Below, in pieces: positions 56,473 through 64,000 of a stretch of 64,000 nt of DNA; the stretch's first letter is position 1; every line of letters starts with the position of its first letter. The DNA comes from the human T2T-CHM13v2.0 reference genome, Homo sapiens. Location of the stretch: assembly GCF_009914755.1 (NCBI RefSeq), contig NC_060925.1; one strand, 5' to 3'. The position numbers and the translations under genes are program-made. The notes below the pieces were generated by a model. That model did not search any database and had not been told where the DNA came from. It saw nothing but the letters and a program-made list of their open reading frames with translations.

Positions 56473-57274
56473 TTAATTTATTTTGTTTAATGTTTTTATA
56501 ATTGAATTAATAAAGTACCCAGTAAAATGCTATAAATCAATAAGTATTATCCAAATGAAAATAAATTGAAATTAAGTAAGACTAGTTTCAAATGCAGTCT
56601 TTCTTGAAAGAGTGAGTTTGGCCATCCTAAATTACAGTTTTCAAGATTGATCTACTTTCTTTCTGAGGCCACCATACTTTTGGTACTAGAATTAAAGTGT
56701 CTAAATCAAAAACACACTACATGGCTTCTCTTTGACTTAAAAACAAAATGCACAAACAATAAATTATAAGTCTGATTAACTGTATGGGTATTTTGTTCAA
56801 TTGATTTAACTGCATTTTTTTTCCCTAGGATATAAATCATGTGATACAGCAAACTCAAAGATGTGGGACTCAAATGACACTTGTGAAAAACTGATACCCT
56901 GTTTGCCTTTAAAGTTATATTAATTACCACACTTTAGTAAAGTGTTTACTATTTAGAACTCTTTCTTCCTTCCTAGTTGGCCACCTGTACACTCCATTCC
57001 TCAGCCATAAAAGTAAATACTGTATATCTAAAACTGGTGCTGGTTTTGATAAGCCATAGTGATGACATCAGCCTGAGTTCCAACTCCTGGAATAAAGAAC
57101 TGTGACCATACAGCGACTTGTGGGCAGTTAGGTCTCAGCATAACACTCCTTGTCCCCTCATGTCACTGATTTGGAGCCAAGGTTTGTGCTCCAATCTACC
57201 AAACCAGGTTAAAGAAATTACATTTCTATTTTCAAATGCAAGGGATTTAAAAGTATACATGGCGCACAAAAAAC

Positions 57275-57378
57275 TCAACGTACTTAATGCCTAATGCCAC
57301 TGAACTGTACACATAATAATGGTTAAAATACTGAATTGTATGTAATATATTTTACCATAATTAGGAAAGAAAAAAAAC
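57275..57378 (+). mobile_element. L1M(B/C/E) 3' terminal fragment
   Basis: TAATGCCACTGAACTGTACAC..AATGGTTAAAAT..ATATTTTACCATAATT plus A tail. Confidence 0.75.
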
Positions 57379-58004
57379 TGCGTTCACGTGTTTCAAAGGT
57401 TTTCCACAACTGTATAATACATATAGTTGGTTATACCTTTGTAACAGTGACCATATCGCTCTTTCTGCAACATCTATTAACCCAGACACCCCAGGGCCTA
57501 AGTAAGCATCCATTCTTCAGGAATTAGTAAACAGCACTTACACACGGACATTTCTAGCTAAAAGTAACACAGACAAAAAAACCTCAAAAATATCACGTAA
57601 GGGCAGGTGTTAGGCAAAGAGCCTCTGCAAACATCCCTTGCTCCTCTGCATTGCTCTGGTGTGAGGAGCTAGGACATGGAGAAACCTCTACCTCCTATCT
57701 CAGGATTAGCGAACCCTGCTTGAGTGCTACAAGGGTAAGTAAATGCTGGCCTGAAGAAGCTGCTGAGCTTCCGGATCCCACTGACTGTCGTTCGGGCACT
57801 TCCTAGAGGGTCAAGCACCATGGCGAAGGGCTGAGGAGGCAACTCGTATCTTTCATTCTCCTGCCTCATCAAGAATGAACCTTGAAGGCACCCATAGGTC
57901 GCGCAGTGTTTCAGAAGCTGCAGGAGGGCTGTGACTGTATGGGGTTGCAGACTGAAAATCTTATTAACGTGAAAGAGGAATTTGAAATTAAAAAAAAAAA
58001 ACCC

Positions 58005-58300
58005 GGCCGGGCGCGGTGGCTCACGCTTGTAATCCCAGCACTTTGGGAGGCCGAGGCGGGTGGATCACGAGGTCAGGAGATCGAGACCACGGTGAAACCC
58101 CGTCTCTACTAAAAATAAAATAAAAAAATTAGCCGGGCGTGGTGGCGGGCGCCTGTAGTCCCAGCTACTCGGAGAGGCTGAGGCAGGAGAATGGCGTGAA
58201 CCCGGGAGGCGGAGCTTGCAGTGAGCCGAGGCTGCGCCACTGTACTCCAGCCTGGGTGACAGAGCGAGACTCCGTCTCAAAAAAAAAAAAAAAAAAAAAA
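58005..58300 (+). mobile_element. Young Alu with a 12-bp left-arm deletion (AluYd lineage)
   Basis: GAGATCGAGACCACGGTGAAACCCC, CACGCTTGTAATC, CTACTCGGAGAGG; most CpGs intact; pure A tail; A-run+CCC on both sides. Confidence 0.85.
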
Positions 58301-58674
58301 CCCCACAATATCAGGCTACAGTTATCATAGCAATTCTGCTTTTAATGCACTCAGGACAAACTTCTAGCTCTGCATATATGTCATTTCAATGACACATCCT
58401 GTCTCCTACCCGACTAGAATGTGAGCAGCCCTGTGATCTCTATGTGCTCATAAACAGTGCCTAATGCGAACCCTGGCTCTTGGAAGGCGCTCAGCTAGTA
58501 AGTGAGGAGCTCAGCTCTGAAGCTGTAACCAAGACCGCGCGGGCAGGAGGAAAGGACACTTCAGCGCTCTGCGGTTGCAAACACACCCCTGCGGGTGCTG
58601 CCACTTAGCAAAGTCTTAGGTTCCCGCTTACTCGCACACGCATCCTGACTTCCCCCAACCCTGGAACTACCTAC

Positions 58675-59571
58675 CAGGAGCGGAGACCAGCAGACCGACA
58701 GCACGCACATGATCCCCATAAGCTGAATGGCCGTCTCGGTCGTGATGCGGCCCCACTGGGCACTGGACTGAGATGCCGTGGCCTTGGCCCGGCAGCGGGA
58801 CACCAGGGCCTTAATGGTGGCCAGGTTGCAGGAAAAGGTGACTGTCAGCGCCAAGAGCCCCAGGAAGGCAAAGGCAGAGGCGAAGAAAAGGTTGCCCCAG
58901 TTATGCGAAGAGCTAGTCCCGTTGCCCCCTCGCCCGGTGCTGATGAAGCACCACGTCCCGGGCCACTGGACGGTGTACTGGCCCACGCCCAGCACCGGCA
59001 GCAGGGCGAAGGCGAGCACGGCCAGCCACACGCCGAGCAGCACAGCGCGGGTGGCACGCGTCTTCATGTGGCTCGCATACCAGTGCGGCGCCCTGATGGC
59101 CAGCGCCCGCTCGACGGCCATGGCGCTGGCGATGAACAACGAGGAGAGCCCGAAAACAGTCATGGTCAGCCCGAAAAAGGTGCAGAGCCGCCCCGACGGG
59201 TCGATGTGCTCCCAACGCTGCTTGGACAGGTACACGACGATGACGACCGGGGTGGTGAGAAGCTGCCCGACCAGGTCGGTGAGCGCCAGCCAGCCGATGC
59301 ACAGCAGGAAGGACTTCTTGCGCTTGCTCTCCCGGCGCCGGTAGCTGCGCGACACGAGCAGCATGGCCAGTGCGTTGCCCACGAAACCAGTGAGCAGCAT
59401 GGTGATCGGGAAGGCCACGGACACCGATCCGCAATCCTCGCCAGACCCTGGAGGGCGCGTGAGGTTGCCCCGCGCCTCGGCGGAACGCTCGGGCGCCCAC
59501 ATGCCTGTGTAGGAGTGGTTGAGGCGGGTGCAGAAGGGGGCATCCCCTCCGTAGCCCCGGGTCTCCTTCAT
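58675..59571 (-). CDS. PTGER3: Prostaglandin E2 receptor EP3, coding exon 1 (aa 1-299, N-terminus to TM6)
   Basis: [17 protein letters not shown]...VCWSPLL with hydrophobic TM segments, ERA in place of DRY (MAVERALAI), the prostanoid-receptor ECL2 motif QWPGTWCF and N-glycosylation sequons NHS/NLT/NGT. Ends at a phase-0 donor CTG|GTAGGT (GT at 58674-58673). Confidence 0.98.
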
Positions 59572-59690
59572 GTTGGCTTCGAGGTGAGGAGGGGATGGCG
59601 TCCAGAGAGCCGCAGCGGGAGGGGGCAGACGCGGCGCGGGCGGCGGCGGAGGTCGGCGTTTACCGCGGCTGGGGCTGGGCTGCCCCCCAT
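59568..59690 (-). other. Upstream ORF, 40 codons ([40 protein letters not shown])
   Basis: GCACCATGG at 59690; hand translation shows no stop until the TGA at 59570-59568, which overlaps the main ATG (59571-59569). The ORF is seen directly; its translation is not shown. Confidence 0.7.
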
Positions 59691-59808
59691 GGTGCGGGGC
59701 GCAGCCGCCGCCCTACTCCGCTGCTGGGACCGCGGCCGCGGCGGCGCCAGGGCTCACTGGCCCGGGAGGGAGCCACGCCTTCCTCTCTGGGAAACCTCTG
59801 GTGGCGAG
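59572..59808 (-). other. PTGER3: PTGER3 5' UTR (TSS approximate)
   Basis: GC-rich stretch between a position ~25-30 nt downstream of the TATA box and the start codon; exact TSS inferred. Confidence 0.7.
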
Positions 59809-59830
59809 GCGCGCGGAGGTGCCGAGTCCC

Positions 59831-59837
59831 CTTTATA
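59831..59837 (-). promoter_or_regulatory. TATA box (TATAAAG)
   Basis: Minus strand reads CCTTATAAAGGGG, an isolated AT patch in the CpG island ~260 bp upstream of the ATG. Confidence 0.8.
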
Positions 59838-59845
59838 AGGCCGAG

Positions 59846-59869
59846 GGGGCGGGGCGCCCGTGGGTGTGG
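59846..59869. promoter_or_regulatory. GC box (GGGGCGGGGC, Sp1) and CACCC/KLF box (GGGTGTGG)
   Basis: Consensus matches at 59846-59855 and 59862-59869, directly upstream of the TATA box. Confidence 0.7.
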
Positions 59870-60769
59870 ACAGAACCGAGGTGGGAGGAGGGTGCAAAGC
59901 AACTGAGCGCCTCTCTTGGCTGTTGCCTATCCTGATCGCCTGGGTTGGGAAGCCCCAGGCGGTCTCCTCTGAAACGCCCTGCTCCTGGCCGGACCGGGAG
60001 CCCACTGGGGTCTCCTCCAGTTCTCCGCTAAAGTGTCGGTGGACGGCAAGCAGCTAATAAGTAGCACTGGACTTGCGGACCCCAGGCAAACTGCCGAGGC
60101 GCACCTGAGCGCTCGTCCTCCTGCTTCTTCAACCACAAACGCTCCTACAGGGACGGGATCCTTCTCCTGAAGTCCTTTAGTAACTCTGGTAAAGTGAAAA
60201 TCGCCTGTCCTTAAGCAATCCACACAAGCCTTTGCATAGCTGATCGTTAACTTTTTTCCTTTCTGCTTTGTGACTCTAGAGTGATTATAAAAAGGCCAAG
60301 GTGTCCTGTCCCCTGGGGTGCCGCTGAAAACTATAAAATTACTAGACAGTGCCTGTAGACTTAAGGGAATAGACACAGGGAAACAAATACATCGGATGGT
60401 TGAATTCCAAGACCAAGAAATCCCAACTACTACCCCTCGCCTAATCCTGCCCGCTCCCCTCCCCACCACCCAACAAAAAGGTCAGCTATGGCAAAAGTGG
60501 CTACAGGAAGGTGGCATCAATTTGCATATCTGAGGTAGTGAAATCAACTGCTCCCAGCCTATGGGAGTGAGAGGGGAGCAGAAGAGAAAGGTATTCCTTA
60601 CAAAGCCTCCAACCATCCTTCTTATCTTCATACAATAAGAACTAGAAAAGGTATTCAGATGTTATGAAGGCCTTAATCTATATGGAAACTTTGCCTTTGA
60701 AATAATAAACATTGAATGAAAATAGGCATACTTGCTTGCCTCGTAACATCTTTCAGTAAGCCAATATTT

Positions 60770-60900
60770 TATGTACTTCTCACAAGCATTTTCTCATTTT
60801 ATCACAGAAATCCTCCAAGGTACTATTGCTATTATTATTTCCCTTAAAGGTGGGGTAACTGAGGCCCCATGAAGTTAAAGAATGTTCCTGAAGTCTCTCA
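60770..60900 (-). mobile_element. MIR fragment
   Basis: ATTATTATTTCCC..GGTGGGGTAACTGAGGC..GAAGTTAA. Confidence 0.6.
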
Positions 60901-62184
60901 GCAATTCTCAAGTCCCATCTTATTTGAAGCATGTATTCCTGACATGGGTCCCATAACTGCTCTCAGCAGATGAATATTAACGGTGAGATCATCTTCCCCT
61001 AATCTTGGGAAAGTCTTGTGTTTTTTGCTTTTTGCCTTTTTACACTGTCTAAGAGATGAAAAGATTTTTAAAAATAATTGCAAAGTTCATTTTTCCTCAT
61101 ATTTAAGAAATTAGACTTAATCATATAGCACTCTAAAGACCATTATTTTGATTGACACAGATCAACTTTCAGAACAAGCCCAATCAGTTTTGCCTTTCCT
61201 AGCTTAGCTGATGTTCTGTATGGGTGTTCTTAACTTTTAAATTACTGTTAAGAGGTAAGAATGGGATATGTCCCTCTGCATACTTTATGTGCTGTTGTCT
61301 TGATTCTGTATGAGAGTTTGAAAAAATATCACTATAACATTATATGTTTTTTAAAGAAGGAAAAGCAAGAATGCAACTTAAACTCCATTTTAATAAGATG
61401 CATTAATCACAACATGAATTTCATTTTGTGTTTTGCTGTCATTTAAAAATGTTTTGCACTTTTGTGTTTTACTGACTAAAATGTCACGTTTACAATGGGA
61501 ACAACAGCTAGGAAGGGTGAAATGGTTTGATTCTAAAATCTTCCGTAAACTTTTGTCTTATTATTTTGAATTAATCTCAAACCTGTATTTGGGATAGTAT
61601 TTTTCTAGCCTAATATCATTTGAAAATAAAATAATATTTGAGGTTATTCTTAGACAAAGCTTTATCCAAAGCATTTGGATGAAAGTGGCTATCAAGTTTA
61701 TACCATCTATAGTTAGTAAAATTCTAGTGTAATTCAATATTTAAAATTTAAGACCATATCACCATTCACACAGCAAAGGAAGCAAGGCTTATCTTTTTCC
61801 AGTTACATCAAAAACTATTCTCATTTTTATTCACAAATATTTGACTTCTTTGAAACTTTTACTTCTCCCACTGAAGTGCTTGCTGTAGCCAATTGGACTT
61901 GATAAGCATGGTAAGCGTCGGGGCATGTATTAGTAAAGAATTGTTAGCCTCTCACTAACCTCTATGCCAATGAACAAAATGTGTTGCATTTCAGATAATT
62001 TGGGTATTTCTCTTCTTTCAGCACTTTGCTTCATCCTATATTGTCTGCCTTTAGCTATTCACCTTGTAAACAAGTGACTGTGAGGTTTTGTGGAGTAACA
62101 GTGTGAAGCTGGCAGTTGGATTCTGGTTGGTACTTTCTGGTCAGTTACTACGGATATAGTGTGAATTGTGTTGGTCTGAAACAA

Positions 62185-62203
62185 CACCACCCTCTAGTGA
62201 CCA
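62185..62203 (-). promoter_or_regulatory. Candidate CTCF site
   Basis: Minus strand TGGTCACTAGAGGGTGGTG resembles the CTCF core CCAC(C/T)AG(A/G)GGGC with two deviations. Confidence 0.45.
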
Positions 62204-62729
62204 AAAGGCTAATAACATGCTTTATGCTGTTTTAAAGAGAATTTCCATAGGGCCAATGGATGCTTTGCTTAGGGAATCTCTGATTTCTTTCCTAGAGATC
62301 TACTTATCAGTACATAATTGTGGTCACTTTGTTTTCCTTTGAGGTTACAAATTGGCAACTTTGTTTAACAGTCAATAAACCAGTAGAGGATTAAACTGAA
62401 AGACCAGATATTCATTTTTTTTTAATTTAAAGTATATATTCACCTATTATGTTTTCAATGAAATTCTAACCTGGACATGTTTTAAATTCACAGATTACTT
62501 AATTGTACCCTACAGCTTAAAATGTATAATGTATGTCAATATTTAGCTAGTGATGATGAATTTATTTTGCTATTTACTTCTATTAAACATCTATTTAAAA
62601 ATCTTAAATATGGATACAAAATAAGATTAATAATGAGTCACATGATCAGCCTTTGATTGCCTCACTATGGATGGAAAATATCTGAAAGTCTTTCTTCATG
62701 GAGCCAACCAGTAATTTTAGTTTATATTT

Positions 62730-62856
62730 TAGTCATTCATTCATTCAATAACCATTCATTGAGCACCCAATCTATGTCAGACACTGTTTCAGTCATTAGG
62801 GATACAAAAGCAATACATAACAGTGCCTATATTCATGGGGTTTATATTTTAGTGCA
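62730..62856 (-). mobile_element. L2 3' end
   Basis: TCATTCATTCATTCAA..ATTGAGCACC..TATGTCAGACACTGTT. Confidence 0.75.
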
Positions 62857-63575
62857 AAATTACTGATTCTAAGTGCCAAATAACAGAAGAAACACTGATC
62901 CCATGGCTTTTGTCTTCTCAGAATGATTGTCATGGAAGTACAGTGCAATGTAGACTTAACATTTAAACATCAATCAATGTAATTACTGTATCAAAATAAA
63001 AGCAATGCCTAGAAGTCTTTGCTAGATCAAAGAGTCCCTTTCTATGAATGCCTTTTCTGCTGTCTTTTCTTCCTATTCTTTACATGCCTGTTTTTTTTTA
63101 TTGAAAACTGGACATTGTAATATATTGTAATGACTCTGGAGTCTACCGGGTTTTTTTCCCTGAGTATTATCTATTTTATGTTTGTTTGCTCTGTTTGACA
63201 GTTAACTTGTCCGGATTCAAACTGCCAATATTGCCTCCCATGGGGCATGCTGCTCTTGGTATCTCTGCTTCATTCTCATGGTTTTCCATGCTCTTTTAGC
63301 TTGGCTTCCTAGAGATTGATTTCCCTATGCCTGTGTAATTTGCTGGTCAGTTAGCAATGGAGATCACCTTCTGTGTGGGTTCCTTGATTCTAGGGATTCT
63401 CCTCTTATTTGCAGCTACTCTGCCAGCTTAGGGCTATTCCCTGACATTTAAAGTTTCTGAAGCTTCAGCTTTCTCCCACCCAAAGTACACACAGCACAGG
63501 GAGGAATACATCCCCTTAAGTAAAGCATCAAAGTAATCAAAGTAGATGTATTCTTGAATAATGGTTTTTGTGTGT

Positions 63576-63863
<288 letters not shown>

Positions 63864-64000
63864 AGATTTCTATCTGGTCTTTGCTTGCTTTTTCCTCAGG
63901 CTTCATGTGGTCTCCTTCACTCATGCAGAGTTTGCTGTGAGACATGAATTTGGGTAGTTCTATCTCATTTCTTCTCTGGTTCTCATTACCAAGATTTCCT

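Larger units (their letters stand above)
58530..60120. promoter_or_regulatory. CpG island over the promoter and exon 1
   Basis: Abrupt rise in GC and CpG density against the AT-rich, CpG-poor flanks. Confidence 0.9.

Noticed and set aside
58561-58674. Last 37 codons of the 336-aa ORF (VGSSRVGG...TAER)
   Set aside because: Read-through past the canonical exon 1 donor into the intron; lacks TM7; no evidence that it is expressed.
58778-59838. Antisense and alternative-frame ORFs of 188, 195 and 311 aa over exon 1
   Set aside because: Stop-poor GC-rich shadows of the real CDS with no recognisable domain. I recall an antisense lncRNA (ZRANB2-AS1) annotated near here but cannot define its exons from the sequence.
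59927-60469. 180-aa upstream ORF on the minus strand
   Set aside because: Non-ATG start, lies upstream of the TATA box, no protein-family features.

Overview
Mammalian (primate; protein matches human as I recall it) genomic DNA holding the 5' part of PTGER3, the prostaglandin E2 receptor EP3 (class A GPCR), on the minus strand. It contains a TATA/GC-box promoter in a CpG island (~58.5-60.1 kb), coding exon 1 (58675-59571), a ~34 kb intron 1 and coding exon 2 (24307-24486). Read-through of exon 2 gives the EP3-II C-terminus (388 aa in total), followed by a candidate ~5.4 kb 3' UTR ending at a poly(A) signal cluster near 18.9 kb. The other alternative C-terminal exons were not seen and presumably lie left of the window. 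The rest is intronic or upstream DNA rich in Alu, L1, L2, CR1/L3, MIR, MaLR/ERVL LTRs and DNA transposons; almost all other ORFs in the track are repeat artefacts. I see no new multi-gene system. Best observations: (1) a 40-codon strong-Kozak uORF whose stop overlaps the EP3 start codon (AUGA); (2) a 5'-inverted L1PA carrying an apparent 3' transduction of an Alu fragment inside one target-site duplication; (3) two short dispersed duplications that look like templated insertions; (4) an Alu end converted into a longer hairpin by quasi-palindrome template switching; (5) a 1.5-mer Alu and tightly spaced inverted Alu pairs. Repeat subfamily calls are by eye from remembered consensus sequences, and their boundaries are approximate.
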